DNA of 64,000 bases from Candidatus Nanoarchaeia archaeon (GCA_030745695.1 JASLOB010000001.1:936-64935), one strand, 5' to 3'. Positions 1 through 11,448 are shown, counted from the stretch's first letter. Made by a program: numbers and translations. The notes: generated by a model from the sequence alone, not told the origin.

Positions 1-2905
1 CTCAAAACAGCGATGAAGGACATGGCAAGCTGTGATAAGCCCTGGGTAGGTGCACGCAGCCTTTGAACCAGGGATGTCTGAATAGGACTTCCGATATATT
101 CCGAAAGGAAAGCCAACTCGGTGAATTGAAGCGTCTTAGTAACCGAAGGAAAAGAAATTAACCAAGATTCTGTGATTAGCAGCGAGCGAAAACAGAAGAG
201 AGCAAACTGAATTTCTTATAGTAATATAAGATAGATGTGGTGTTGTAAGACTCACTTTCGATCCTCCAAACTCAGCCAAAGTTTCCTGGAAAGGAACGCT
301 ATAAAGAGTGATAGCCTCGTAGGTTGAACTAAAAGGATTTGTGAGTATCTTGAGTAGTGTTTCTTGGATATGAAGCATGAAGCTAGGAGTCATTAACTTC
401 TAACTCTAAATATGTTTTGAGTCCGATAGCGTATAGTATAGTGATAAAACGTTGAAAAGTACCCTTAGCAGGGTGTGAAAAGATCCTGAAACCTAATAGT
501 AATAGAATGATACTGCTATTCGTAGTTGTATCGTACGTTTAGAATAACGGGCCAGGGAGTTGATCTAAGTGGCGAGAATAATTCGTAATAAGAAGCATTC
601 GTAACGAAAGTAAAATCTCGCAGTTTACGAGGAGATAGGTTTTAATCAGTCTAAGTCACTTGGGTCTAACCAGAAACCAAGCGATCTAATCTTGGGCAAG
701 GTGAAGTGGTCTTAACAGACCATGGAGGCCTGAAGGGATTCTGTGTGCATGCGACCCTATGACCTGAGATTAGGGGTGAAAAGCTAATCGAGCTTGGTGA
801 TAGCTGGTTCCTATCGAAATATGCCGAAGTATAGTCTCAAGCGAGATAGCTAGGATTGTAGAGCTACGGATTTGGAGGTTAGGGGTAGAAATACCTCGCC
901 TTCTTGTCCAACTCCAAATGTCCTAGCGTTGTAGACCTTGGGAATCAGGGGAGCGCGGTAAGCGTGTTTTCCAATAGGGGAACCACCCTCTCTATAGTTA
1001 AGGTCCCAAAATGCTAATTAAGTGTGAAAGGGTGAAGGGTGTATATCTGCTTAGACAGCTGGGAGGTTGGCTTAGAAGCAGCCATCCTTTAAAGAAAGCG
1101 TAATAGCTCACCAGTCAAGGAGGTATGCCCCGAAAATGGACGGGGCTAAATTAGCTACCGATACTATAGACTCCAGAAATGGATGTGGTAGATAGGCGTT
1201 CTGTAAGGACAGAAGTTTTCTTGTAAAAGGAGATGGACCTTATAGAAATGAGAATCCTGGCGGTAGTAGGATCAGAACAGAGTGAGAATCTCTGATACCG
1301 TAAGACTAAGGTTTTCTTAGCAATATAGTTTAGCTAAGAGTAAGTCGATCCTAACTAAGTTCCTAATTGGACACTTGGGAAAGGGAAACAGGTTAATATT
1401 CCTGTACTATCTAAATTTTTGCTTAAGTTAAACTTTGGGATAAACTAACAATTCTCGTCGGGATTGTTCTTAAAAACAAGTTAGTGGAGTACTGTAATAG
1501 TGAGAAACTGACTAAGTTTAGGAAGCTAGCAATAGTTTAGTTGAGTCCTAGAGTCCGTGAAAGAAGCTTAAGGCCGGTTTAGATAATCGTACCCAGAACC
1601 TGCACTGGTGGTCTAGCTGAGAAGGCTAAGGTATGAGAGAACAATCTAACTAAGGGAATTCGGCAAAATAGCTCCGTGTCTTCGGTATAAGGAGTCCCTG
1701 CGATTGTTAGTTTAGCTAGCGATTACAGGGTGCAATGACAAGGGGGGTCCGACTGTTTAACAAAAACACAGCAATCTGCTAGCCAGCAATGGTTTGTATA
1801 GATTGCCACGTCTGCCCAGTGCTAGTACTTGAAACTCTTTTCCAAGAGAGCTAAGAGCTAGTAAACGGCGGGAATAACTATAATTCTCTTAAGGTAGCGA
1901 AATGCCTTGCCGTTTGAATGACGGCCTGCATGAATGGCGTAACGAGATCTCCACTGTCCCTAGTTAGAGTCTCCTGAACACACTATTCTGGTGCAAAAGC
2001 CAGAGATGCCTAGTGGGAAGTAAAGACCCCGTGGAACTTTACTGTAGTATGTTGTTGCGATGTGGAACTTATTGTGCAGTATAGGTAGGAGTTGCTATGG
2101 CTTGGTCGTCAGATCAAGTCTAGACAAAAGTGAGATACTACCCTTTAAGTTTTATATTGCTCACCTCATGGGACATCAGCATGCGGACAGTTTGGCTGGG
2201 GCGGCACCCTGCTGAAAGGATATCAGCAGGACCCAGAGGTAAGCTCATCCAGTTTAGAAATCTGGAGTAGAGTGTAAGAGCAAAAGCTTGCCTGACTGTG
2301 TTTTTAACAGTAGGAAACGCAGGAACGAAAGTTGGGTCTAGTGAACGTCTGTACCTCTTTAATGGGGGTCAGATATTATAGAAAAGCTATCCCGGGGATA
2401 ATTGAGTCGTAGCGCCTAAGAGCTCAGATCGACGGCGCTGCTTGCTACTTCGATGTCGGCTCTTCCTATCCTGGGTGTGCAGAATTGTACACAGGAAGGG
2501 TTACTCAATTAGTTTTTACTTTTGTAAACTACGTTGAAACAATAATACTCTTTCATGTCCACTGTGGGCGCCCAAGGGTGAAGGTGTTCACTTATTAAAA
2601 GGGATCGTGAGCTGGGTTAAGTACGTTGTGAGACAGTATGTATAATATCTACTAGGTATGTCCAAGATCTGAATGGAAGGACCCTTTAGTACGAGAGGAA
2701 CAAGGGTTCGGCGCCTCTAGTTTACCTGTTGTCTGATAAGGCAGGCAGGGCAGCCACGCGCTATGGGATAAGAGCTGAAAGCATCTAAGCTCGAAACCCT
2801 CCGTGAAAATAGATTTAAAGCACTCTTCATAACAGGAGTTTGATAGGCTCGGGGTGTAAGCTTCAAGGCAACGAGAAGTTCAGCCTGCGAGTACTAATAG
2901 CTTAA
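1..2905 (+). rRNA. rrl: 23S (large subunit) rRNA, 5' end truncated by the window edge (about 40 nt missing); 3' end approximate
   Basis: Conserved LSU motifs appear throughout (5' region gcgatgaaggac..., gaaaagtaccc...gtgaaa...cctgaaacc, GTPase centre, sarcin-ricin-like agtacgagaggaac, peptidyl transferase region). Length is about 2.9 kb. No 5S gene follows. Confidence 0.9.
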
Positions 2906-3006
2906 ATTGCCATATCTATGTATGTTTTATTTTTTTTAAAATTCTTTATATTATATTAATCAATTAGATCTCTCTTAAGAATCATATTCCTAAAAATCAA
3001 TAAAAT

Positions 3007-3426
3007 TTATTCTCTTAAATAAGGTTTTCTTAATCTATCTATCCAATCTGCATGGAATTCATATCCATTACCCCAAGATCTTAATTTATTAACTATCTCT
3101 CTTTTTCCTATTACAATTTCTTTAAACATTTTTAGGGCAAGACCATCTTTTTTAGAGGGAGGATTACTAATTTTTGGCACTTTGATTCCACCTAAGCTGT
3201 CATACTCCCCAAGCATATAACAAGGTGTTAAGATTACATATTCATTTCCTCTAACTTTTTTAACATTAGTTATAACTCCTAACCTAAGACCAGCATCAAC
3301 TCTTCTTGATTTCAAAAGAAGTAATTCATATCTCTCAACTTCTTTTATCTTTCCTTCAACTATTCCTGCACCATTTAAGTTATTACTAAATTGCATTGGT
3401 AGCATGATTTCTAATTTTTCTATCAT
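3007..3426 (-). CDS. hypothetical protein (139 aa)
   Basis: ORF with a TATA-like box upstream; I recognise no motif in it. Confidence 0.4.
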   Translation of the reverse strand: MIEKLEIMLPMQFSNNLNGAGIVEGKIKEVERYELLLLKSRRVDAGLRLGVITNVKKVRGNEYVILTPCYMLGEYDSLGGIKVPKISNPPSKKDGLALKMFKEIVIGKREIVNKLRSWGNGYEFHADWIDRLRKPYLRE

Positions 3427-3499
3427 GAAAACTTTCAGAAAATAACGGTTTATAAAACTTTATTTTTTCAACTCATCAAATCTTTCTTTTAAAAGAATT

Positions 3500-4762
3500 C
3501 TATTTCCCTTCGGCTGTTAATCTTGCATTATCAATAAAACCATCAGGAGTCCAAAAACCTTTAAGGAAAGCTTTATCTATAAGACTTCTTCCCTCTCCTT
3601 CATAAGAAACACCACGCTTTTCAAATTCTTCCAAAGCTCTTTTAACTGGTTGAGCACAATATCTTAATTCACTAACTAAACTGTATTTTGGATTACCCTG
3701 GGTATCAAAACTATCCTTATGATATTCAACAAAACCTAAAGGAAAATTAGGATCTAATGTAACTTCAGATAATAGTCTAACTCTAGTGTCATAATCTAAA
3801 TCTTTATTACCTAAAAGAGAAATAGCATATTGACCCAATCTAGCTTCGTAATCAGATAATCTATTACCATCTTGAGCATCTTGGTATATCCCATCAAATT
3901 TATGTCCTATATCCAATTTTCTTTGAGTTTCAGGAGAATCCTTAACATCACCAAAAATAACTCTCTCATAAAATTGAGCAACAGATTCTAAAGTTGATTC
4001 ATTTACTGCTGAACTTTTTCTAAGGAAATAAGGAAGTCCATCTGATTTAGACAACATATGATTCAAACCATGACCCATTCCCTCATGACCATACAATCTA
4101 ATTAATTCTCTCTCCCTTATACCAAGACTACCATCTTCATTAAGATAATAAATATTTGGTATTCCTAATGCTAAAGTATTTGTCAGAGGACTAAAATAAG
4201 ATCTATCTTGTTCTGTAGGAACAGCATGTATATCCCTTAAAAAATCTCCCACTTCTGTCAATTGTTTCAACATTTTACCCAATGTAGTGTGATATCTTTG
4301 AATATCATCTTCTGCATTTTCTTGAGCCCTTCTTCTTATACTAGGAACGTCCAAAGGAAGTTGCAATTCATAACTTTCAACATCATTAGTTTTAAATAAT
4401 CTCTCAATAGATTCAAAAGCATCATCTCTATTCAACTCTAACCAAGGTCTTAATTCTTCTATATCTTTTCTAGGAATTCCATGAATATCAATCACAGTAT
4501 CAAAATCATAATGCCTACCACTTAACCTTTGTTCAATCCTACTAGCTTCAGCAACTAATCTTCTTTTTAATTCAGAATCAACTAATTCCCCTCTAGAATT
4601 CACATTTCTTACATCTGGTAAACTTTCTACTAATGAATTTAATCCACCGACTATATTAGCAGCTTCTTTATAAGGAAAAACTGTATATTTACTCTCAAAT
4701 CTACCTAATTTCTCTATTCTCTTTAATAATTTTTCAGCTTCCAAAACAATAACTTCATTCAT
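3500..4762 (-). CDS. hypothetical protein (420 aa) with an HEGMGH (HExxxH) motif; possible metal-dependent hydrolase
   Basis: Long ORF ending in TAG. It contains GHEGMGHGLNH, but the spacing is HExxxH rather than the canonical HExxH. Confidence 0.45.
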   Translation of the reverse strand: MNEVIVLEAEKLLKRIEKLGRFESKYTVFPYKEAANIVGGLNSLVESLPDVRNVNSRGELVDSELKRRLVAEASRIEQRLSGRHYDFDTVIDIHGIPRKDIEELRPWLELNRDDAFESIERLFKTNDVESYELQLPLDVPSIRRRAQENAEDDIQRYHTTLGKMLKQLTEVGDFLRDIHAVPTEQDRSYFSPLTNTLALGIPNIYYLNEDGSLGIRERELIRLYGHEGMGHGLNHMLSKSDGLPYFLRKSSAVNESTLESVAQFYERVIFGDVKDSPETQRKLDIGHKFDGIYQDAQDGNRLSDYEARLGQYAISLLGNKDLDYDTRVRLLSEVTLDPNFPLGFVEYHKDSFDTQGNPKYSLVSELRYCAQPVKRALEEFEKRGVSYEGEGRSLIDKAFLKGFWTPDGFIDNARLTAEGK

Positions 4763-5028
4763 AACATAAAAATCAATTTTGCCTTTATAAATCTTTCTAT
4801 TTGTAACTTCTTATAAGTAATGACATATGATAAAAGATTATAAACAAATAAATTAATTGGCTATCAAAATTTATTTTTTCAGTTCATCAAATCTTTCTAG
4901 AGGAATAAAAGTACATTCTTCATTTAATTTACATTTTTTACATGTTATTTTTATCATTTCTGGAGAATTAAATTCTATATCATTATTTTCTAAAAACTTA
5001 TGTAAATTTTTTAGATGTTCACATCCCA

Positions 5029-5493
5029 TTATTCTAAACCCCAATCATCTCCTATAGGTTTTCTTTTTGGTCTTTTATCATCAATTTTTTTATTATTAAC
5101 TTTTTTATCTTGTGTTTTAAAATAAACATCTCTATGAGATTTTAATCTTTTTAATTTAGCAATTAATATATTTCTAATTTTATCCCATAAAACTTTCTCA
5201 AAATCTTTTTCTTTTAACATATCTGGATAAACAGATATAAAATCTATTCTTTGGTTATGATAGATAGCTTGTTTTCTTTTCATTGATCTTTGATATTGAT
5301 CTTTATCTACCATCCCAAAATATTCTATAACAATATTAAAATCATCTAAATAAAAATCAGGGTGCCATATTTGCATCTTATCATCTAATTGATCTTTGAT
5401 TAAAATAGGTTTTTCATAAGTAAAAATAATTTTTCTTTTCTTTAAAAATTCAGCAATCTTCTTTTCACCATCTGATTTAAATTTTGGAGGCAT
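5029..5493 (-). CDS. putative PD-(D/E)xK (Vsr/DUF559-like) nuclease-fold protein
   Basis: The motif pattern ...WHPDFYL...IVIEYFG...K... resembles DUF559/Vsr-like endonuclease cores. The start is probably the internal Met (MPPKFKSD); the ORF track extends it to 5547. Confidence 0.35.
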   Translation of the reverse strand: MPPKFKSDGEKKIAEFLKKRKIIFTYEKPILIKDQLDDKMQIWHPDFYLDDFNIVIEYFGMVDKDQYQRSMKRKQAIYHNQRIDFISVYPDMLKEKDFEKVLWDKIRNILIAKLKRLKSHRDVYFKTQDKKVNNKKIDDKRPKRKPIGDDWGLE

Positions 5494-5580
5494 TATATTA
5501 AGATTGATAATGAATATAAAAAGATTTAGTTTATTAAGGTTAAACATAAGTTTTATAAGACTAATTCTTGTAATAGCCGC

Positions 5581-6591
5581 ATGAGAATAAGAAGAAAAAC
5601 TAAAGAAAATCTACTTTTTGGATTGTTAATCTTATTAGTATTATCTATATTATTAAATGCTTTTTTATTCTCAGAATATATATTTTTAGATTTTTTAAAT
5701 CCAAATAATGATTTTAAATTAGAAGAAGTTATAAAAAAATCAACTCCAGCTGTTGTTTCTATATTCTCTTCAGGCAAATCAGGATCGGGAGTGATTGTAG
5801 AAGATAATGGGTATATATTAACGAATGAACATGTTGTTTCTGGAGAAGAAAATATAACTATACTATTAGAAGATAATAGAATCTATCAAGCAAAAGTAGT
5901 AGGAATGGATGACAAAACAGATATTGCTTTATTAAAAATAGATGAAGATAATCTTCCAACTTTGAAATTTGGAAATTCTAATAGAGTAGAGGTTGGACAA
6001 CAAGTTATTACAATAGGACATCCTTTTGGATTAGCACATACAGTTACTACAGGAATTGTTTCTGGAAAGCATAGAAATAGGGGTCCAACATTATACCGAG
6101 ATTTTATACAAACAGATGCTTCTATCAACCCAGGAAATTCAGGAGGACCTTTACTAAATAAAGAAGGAAAAGTTATAGGATTGAACACATTTATTGTTTC
6201 AGATATAAATGCAGGAGAATCAGGATTTGCAATTCCAATTAATTTAGTAGAAAAAGTTTATGATCAATTATTAGAAGATGGAATAGTTGAAAGAGGTTAT
6301 TTTGGGGTTGATGTTATAGATATTGTAAATGTAAATAATAACACAAGAGAGGGTAGAATAGAAAAAGGATCTGAAATCGTTAATATTCAAAATGAAAGTG
6401 CTGCAGATAAAGCTGGATTAAAGATAGGAGACAAAATTATTGTATTAAACAACATTACAATTGAAAATACTAATCATTTAAGAAATGAGATAGCTTGGAT
6501 TTCTCCAGGAGAAAAAGCTTTAGTTACTATATTAAGAGATGATGAACAAATTGAAATTGAAATAGTTCTAGATCAAAGACCTGACGAGTAA
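5581..6591 (+). CDS. htrA: HtrA/DegP-family trypsin-like serine protease with N-terminal TM anchor and C-terminal PDZ domain
   Basis: The catalytic triad context is present: TNEHVV, DIALLKI and GNSGGPLLN. A PDZ-like C-terminus is also present. Confidence 0.85.
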   Translation: MRIRRKTKENLLFGLLILLVLSILLNAFLFSEYIFLDFLNPNNDFKLEEVIKKSTPAVVSIFSSGKSGSGVIVEDNGYILTNEHVVSGEENITILLEDNRIYQAKVVGMDDKTDIALLKIDEDNLPTLKFGNSNRVEVGQQVITIGHPFGLAHTVTTGIVSGKHRNRGPTLYRDFIQTDASINPGNSGGPLLNKEGKVIGLNTFIVSDINAGESGFAIPINLVEKVYDQLLEDGIVERGYFGVDVIDIVNVNNNTREGRIEKGSEIVNIQNESAADKAGLKIGDKIIVLNNITIENTNHLRNEIAWISPGEKALVTILRDDEQIEIEIVLDQRPDE

Positions 6592-6622
6592 AGCTTATAA
6601 ATCGATAAAATAAAATTTATAT

Positions 6623-6932
6623 GTAGGAAGGTGTCTAACTTTCGAGATTATCTTGAGGAAAGTCCGTCCACCAATTATAGGTTGCTTCTGCAAAGAAGTC
6701 CCAGAAATGGGAGGCAACCGCTAAGAAACGACACGGCCTATTAGAGCAAGGATGTTGTGAAAGTTTTAGTAATAGAACTGAGATAACCAACTGAGTATTT
6801 TGATAGGATACGTTGAAACGACGAGTCCCAACCGGTGCAAGTCTTAGACGCTTAGTTGAATGTTAGAATGAACTTTCAATGATCCATTTTTAATGGTTAG
6901 AGTTCAACAGAAGATGGCTTATGCCTTCCTAC
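6623..6932 (+). ncRNA. rnpB: RNase P RNA (archaeal type)
   Basis: The P4 5' strand (gaggaaagtccg at 6654..6665) and P4 3' strand (acagaag..ggcttatg at 6906..6923) are both present. A P1 helix forms between gtaggaagg and ccttcctac. Confidence 0.8.
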
Positions 6933-6933
6933 T

Positions 6934-7710
6934 TTAATATATTAATTCTCCAGTTCTACTTGAATTTAATCCCCTACTCTCAATTCTAATCTCTCCTCTA
7001 GATGTAACTTTACCAATAACTTTAGACTCAATATTATGTGTTCTTGCAACCTCAATAACTTCTTTTGGTTCAGGAGTTATGATAATCATGCCTTGTCCCA
7101 TATTCCAAGTCCTATATGCTTCTTCATCTGTAACATTTCCATGTTGTTAACAATAAAACATTAGTTCAAAAGGATTAAAAGGATTATAAATATCTGCACC
7201 TAATCCATTTGGTTTTAAAATCCTAGACAATTTTCCTGGAATCCCACCTCCAGTTATATGTGCAATTCCATGTATCTTAGCTTTTGGTTCTCCACCAAAA
7301 CCTCCAAACATATCAACAACTGCTTTAGTATAAATTCTCGAAGGATGTAAAACTAAATCTCCTAAACTTTCAAAACCATACTTAAATTTATGCCATCCAT
7401 CTCCATTAGGAACTAGGATATCTGCTCTTGAGAAACATGATTCATAGACAAAACTAGCTTCAAATAAAGGTTTTTTCTTTTTTAAAGAATCTTTAGATAT
7501 TTCTAAGTTTACTTTAAAATCCTTAAATGGGAGGTCAATTCCATCTGGATATAATTTTTTAGCTAATATTCCTATTTTAGTACCTTGATCCATAACAAAT
7601 TGATCTGCTACTGTAGGTTCTTCTATTTTATGATTTTCATGTATAAATGTCCATAAATGATTATAACAGTTTATACCCATTAAGTATTTAGATTTAGTTA
7701 ATAGTTGCAT
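6934..7710 (-). pseudogene. purM: purM (AIR synthetase) C-terminal half remnant with an in-frame TAA at 7147..7149
   Basis: The PurM C-domain motifs IHGIAHITGGG and TWNMGQGM both occur in one reading frame, and that frame is interrupted by a TAA. The N-terminal domain is absent here; it lies at 14212..14877. Confidence 0.7.
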
Positions 7711-7811
7711 TATTCAATTAAGTGAATTAGATTTATAAATTATTCGTTAGTTTACTAAAAGGGTTTATAAGTCTAGATAACATATTATAATTATAGGAGA
7801 AATTAAAAAAA

Positions 7812-8498
7812 ATGAACCAAATAATACCAAAAGCATTGTTCTATGCATATGAAAAACATAAGAAAGATAAAAGAAAAGGTACAACCATTCCATATATAGT
7901 TCACCCAGTTGATGTTGCTTCTATTTTGATTAAAGAAAGAAATCATTCTAAAGTATCTGATGAATTGATAGCTGCTGGTTTACTACATGATGTTGTTGAA
8001 GACACTGAGACTTCATTTAAAGATATTGAAAAGGAATTCGGAAAAAAAGTAATGATTCTAGTTAAAGCTGCTTCAGAGCCTGAAAAACATAAAGTGGAGT
8101 CTGAAAAGGAGAAAAGAAAAAGTTGGAAAGGAAGGAAAGAGCATACAATTGAACTTATCAAAAAAGAGAAGAGAGATGCTAAACTACTCAGCTGCGCAGA
8201 TAAGCTTGCCAATATAAGGGACATGATTAATGATAAATTTACTGGTAATGAAAAAGAATTCTGGAAAAGATTCAATACCTCACCTGAAGAGACTAAGTGG
8301 TATTATCAAATTATGTGTAAAGCTTATAGATTTGGAGATAATATCAAAGATACTAATACATTCAAAATGTTTGCAAGGGAAGTAAAAACATTAACAGGTG
8401 AAAAGCCTATGAAAAAAGAAAGAAGAACAAAAGAAGACAAAAGACAAGAAGAATTAGATATAAAAGATTATACTGAAATGTCTTATCAGAATAGTTAA
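7812..8498 (+). CDS. HD-domain (p)ppGpp-hydrolase-like protein (SpoT/RelA HD, Mesh1-type small alarmone hydrolase) with a Lys/Glu-rich tail
   Basis: HPVDVASIL...AAGLLHDVVEDT...FGKKV matches the SpoT/RelA HD hydrolase signature. Confidence 0.7.
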   Translation: MNQIIPKALFYAYEKHKKDKRKGTTIPYIVHPVDVASILIKERNHSKVSDELIAAGLLHDVVEDTETSFKDIEKEFGKKVMILVKAASEPEKHKVESEKEKRKSWKGRKEHTIELIKKEKRDAKLLSCADKLANIRDMINDKFTGNEKEFWKRFNTSPEETKWYYQIMCKAYRFGDNIKDTNTFKMFAREVKTLTGEKPMKKERRTKEDKRQEELDIKDYTEMSYQNS

Positions 8499-8510
8499 TA
8501 AGAAAAGAAA

Positions 8511-8729
8511 ATGACAAATAAGAAAAAATTAACAAAATCAAGGAAAGAATATATGGATGAATGGGATAAAATTGAAAAAAAAGTTATGGATGAAATAGAT
8601 GAAGTAACAGAAAAAAAAGCATTTAAATCTGATTCTTTTTTAACTAAAGTGATGAATAAACAAGAAGATGAACTTTTAGGTTATAATGGTTGTAGCATGG
8701 AAAAAAGTTCTATTAAGTTTGTAAGATAA
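8511..8729 (+). CDS. hypothetical small protein (72 aa)
   Basis: ORF only. Confidence 0.3.
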   Translation: MTNKKKLTKSRKEYMDEWDKIEKKVMDEIDEVTEKKAFKSDSFLTKVMNKQEDELLGYNGCSMEKSSIKFVR

Positions 8730-8778
8730 AATTAAAATAACAATAATATTTAAATAAATTAAGAAAATAGATATTTTA

Positions 8779-9297
8779 ATGGAAGATGAAGGTTTTTTTA
8801 AAGGAATATTAAAAACATATCTAATCTTATTTGTTATAAATGTTGTAATAGCTTTTATTCTTTTTCAATTTTCTCCAGAATCCATACCTACATCCTCTGA
8901 TGGTTTTGAATTCGGAGATTATGAAAATAGTACAAGAATTTTTTTCTTTCCTTTATTTCAAATAATGTTTTTATTTATAGGATTAATACTCTATTATATG
9001 GCTCCTTTAATGAATACTCTTTTGTTTTTTTTCCGTGGAAAATATATGAAATTTTTTAGTTGGATGTTTGGAACAGAGGTTAATGAAGAAAACTTTACAT
9101 ATTTTATTAAAAAATATACTAAAGCATTGATTCTAACCGTATCTATAGCTGTTATTCTTAGCTACATCCCATTATTAGCATTTATATTTGAATTAGAATC
9201 TATAATGTTCTTATTTTTAATTTATTTTATTGTTCTTATTATAGGTGGGATAGCTTCCATAGTCTACTTTTGTAGAAAATTGAATCAAACTTATTAA
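8779..9297 (+). CDS. hypothetical integral membrane protein (172 aa, 4-5 predicted TM segments)
   Basis: Several hydrophobic stretches. Confidence 0.45.
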   Translation: MEDEGFFKGILKTYLILFVINVVIAFILFQFSPESIPTSSDGFEFGDYENSTRIFFFPLFQIMFLFIGLILYYMAPLMNTLLFFFRGKYMKFFSWMFGTEVNEENFTYFIKKYTKALILTVSIAVILSYIPLLAFIFELESIMFLFLIYFIVLIIGGIASIVYFCRKLNQTY

Positions 9298-9351
9298 ATT
9301 TTAAAGAATACAATAATACTTAATAAGAGTATAATTTCTTAGCAATCTAAA

Positions 9352-11190
9352 ATGATGTGGAGTTTATATAACAAAGAAAAATTTCTAGAGCCTTTTGTAT
9401 TTTCTAATAATAAATCCCAATTAGATGTTGTACGAGAAACTATAGAAGCAATTAAAGAAGGGAATAAAATAATCTTTATTAAAGGGGTATGCGGAACAGG
9501 CAAAAGTGCAATTGCATTAAATTTAGCCAAAGAATTAGGTAAAACTTCTATTGTTGTTCCTGTTAAACCATTACAAAAACAATATGAAGAAGATTATACT
9601 GATAAACTTCATATCATAAAAAATAATAAAGAAAAATTAAATATTTCTATTATTGATGGAAGGGGTAATCATAATTGTGTGTTTGAGGGGGATTGTAATG
9701 CAGATAATAAATTTTTACCTTGTGATATTGAGATTAAAAAAGAAAATATGGATTTGATTAGAGGTTATATTAACCAAAATCCTTCAGTTAAACTAAAAGA
9801 TTTTGAGGATGTAGAGGATGTAAGAAGAAAATCAATAGCTCCTGCCTGTCCTTATTGGTCTCCAATTATATGTAAGGATTGGTTTGGAGGAAAGTATGAT
9901 TTGGAAGATTCTGAAGAGTTACACTATAAAGGGTTGAATGATAAAACTTTTACTTATTACAAAAGAAAAGAAGGTTGTGGATATTATGGGCAATTTATTA
10001 GTTATGTTAATTCTGATGTTATAATTTTTAATAGTAAAAAATATGAACTAGAAACTGTTATGGATAGAAAACCTTCAACTGAGGTAGAGATTATAGATGA
10101 ATGTGATGAATTTTTAGATAATTTATCTAATGAAAAAAATATAAATCTAGATAGGTTATCAAGAAATTTAACTAATATAACAACTGATGATCTAGAGTTG
10201 AAAGAATTAACAATAGAGATTAATGATTTAGTAGCTGAGATATTAAGAGATGATAATGTTTTAAATTCTATAAAAACTAAAGAAATATTATTAGTTAAAG
10301 ATACAAAAATTTTAGAGTTATTAAAATGGATATTAGACAATCCTAAATTAGTAGATCTGACAGAGGATGAAACCTCTAATTATATTCTTAATGTTTATCA
10401 GACTGGAAAGATGTTTGAAGATTTTTTTGATGAAACTTATTTAACATTCTATAAAGATGATTATAATAATCTAATTGCTAATTTAATAACAGTTAACTTA
10501 GATAAAAAATTAAAAGAATTTTTAGATAAAAATAAAGTATTTGTGATGATGAGTGGAACAGTTCATTCTGATTCTGTTTTAAAAGAGATATTTGGGGTTA
10601 GAGAGTTTAAAGTTGTTGAGGCTGAAATAAATCATAGGGGGGGAATAACTAATGTTAGAAGTGGGTTGGAAAAAATATTTGATTATAGATATTTAAATCA
10701 AGAAGGTTCAAGAGAAGAGTATTTAAGAGCATTATCTAAATCTGTTGAGATAGCTGAAAAACCTATATTAATCCATGTTAATGCTTTTTTAGACCTGCCA
10801 ACCGAAGAAGAATGTTACAAATATAATATTCCTAATCTTAAAACAAGAAAAGAATTACAAGATGAACAAGATAAATTTAAGAAAGGAGAATTAGTTCAAC
10901 AGTTTAAAAATAAAGACATTGATGTTTTGTATTCAACTAAATGTAATAGAGGGGTAGATTTCCCTGGAGATATTTGTAATAGTATAATCTTTACTAAATA
11001 TCCTAATCCTAACATAAGTTCTTTATTTTGGAGAGTTCTTAAGAAAAGTAATTCAAGACATTTTTGGACTTTATTTGGGGATAAAGCTAAAAGAGAATTT
11101 ATGCAAAGGATTTATAGAGGGTTGAGATCTGAAGAGGATCATATTAATTTGTTAAGTCCAGATTTAAGAGTTTTTAATTTTTCTAAGTAA
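9352..11190 (+). CDS. XPD/Rad3/DinG-family SF2 helicase with a 4-Cys FeS domain
   Basis: Walker A GVCGTGKS and DECD (DExx) box are present. The Cys cluster is HNCVFEGDC...LPC...PACPYW...ICKDW. The C-terminal motif CNRGVDFPGD..IIFTKYPNP resembles the XPD GxxSEGxDF...GLPFP motif. Confidence 0.65.
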   Translation: MMWSLYNKEKFLEPFVFSNNKSQLDVVRETIEAIKEGNKIIFIKGVCGTGKSAIALNLAKELGKTSIVVPVKPLQKQYEEDYTDKLHIIKNNKEKLNISIIDGRGNHNCVFEGDCNADNKFLPCDIEIKKENMDLIRGYINQNPSVKLKDFEDVEDVRRKSIAPACPYWSPIICKDWFGGKYDLEDSEELHYKGLNDKTFTYYKRKEGCGYYGQFISYVNSDVIIFNSKKYELETVMDRKPSTEVEIIDECDEFLDNLSNEKNINLDRLSRNLTNITTDDLELKELTIEINDLVAEILRDDNVLNSIKTKEILLVKDTKILELLKWILDNPKLVDLTEDETSNYILNVYQTGKMFEDFFDETYLTFYKDDYNNLIANLITVNLDKKLKEFLDKNKVFVMMSGTVHSDSVLKEIFGVREFKVVEAEINHRGGITNVRSGLEKIFDYRYLNQEGSREEYLRALSKSVEIAEKPILIHVNAFLDLPTEEECYKYNIPNLKTRKELQDEQDKFKKGELVQQFKNKDIDVLYSTKCNRGVDFPGDICNSIIFTKYPNPNISSLFWRVLKKSNSRHFWTLFGDKAKREFMQRIYRGLRSEEDHINLLSPDLRVFNFSK

Positions 11191-11256
11191 ATCAACAGTA
11201 AGTATTATATATTTTATTGATATTTCTATTATTATTATTGAATAAGGAGGTAGAAA

Positions 11257-11448
11257 ATGATATCTGTGAAAAGCTTTACAACCTTAGATTCTGCACTTTG
11301 GGAAACATCTATATTTACAATTACTTTGTTTCTTGTATCTGTTTGGTCAGGTTTTGCAAATTGGGTGATTAATACAAATTGGATGTGGTTCTTAGTTATA
11401 GGGATTCTTTTAGGAATCAAACCTCTAATTAAAGTGTTTAAGAATTAA
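11257..11448 (+). CDS. small membrane protein (63 aa)
   Basis: Strong SD (aaggaggt) 7 nt upstream; two hydrophobic segments. Confidence 0.45.
   Translation: MISVKSFTTLDSALWETSIFTITLFLVSVWSGFANWVINTNWMWFLVIGILLGIKPLIKVFKN

Noticed and set aside
136-393. 85-aa ORF on the minus strand
   Set aside because: It lies entirely inside the 23S rRNA gene, so it is a spurious ORF.
4857-5057. 66-aa + strand ORF between the 420-aa and DUF559-like genes
   Set aside because: It is low complexity. A minus-strand 52-aa ORF and a repeat motif explain the region better, so I left it uncalled.
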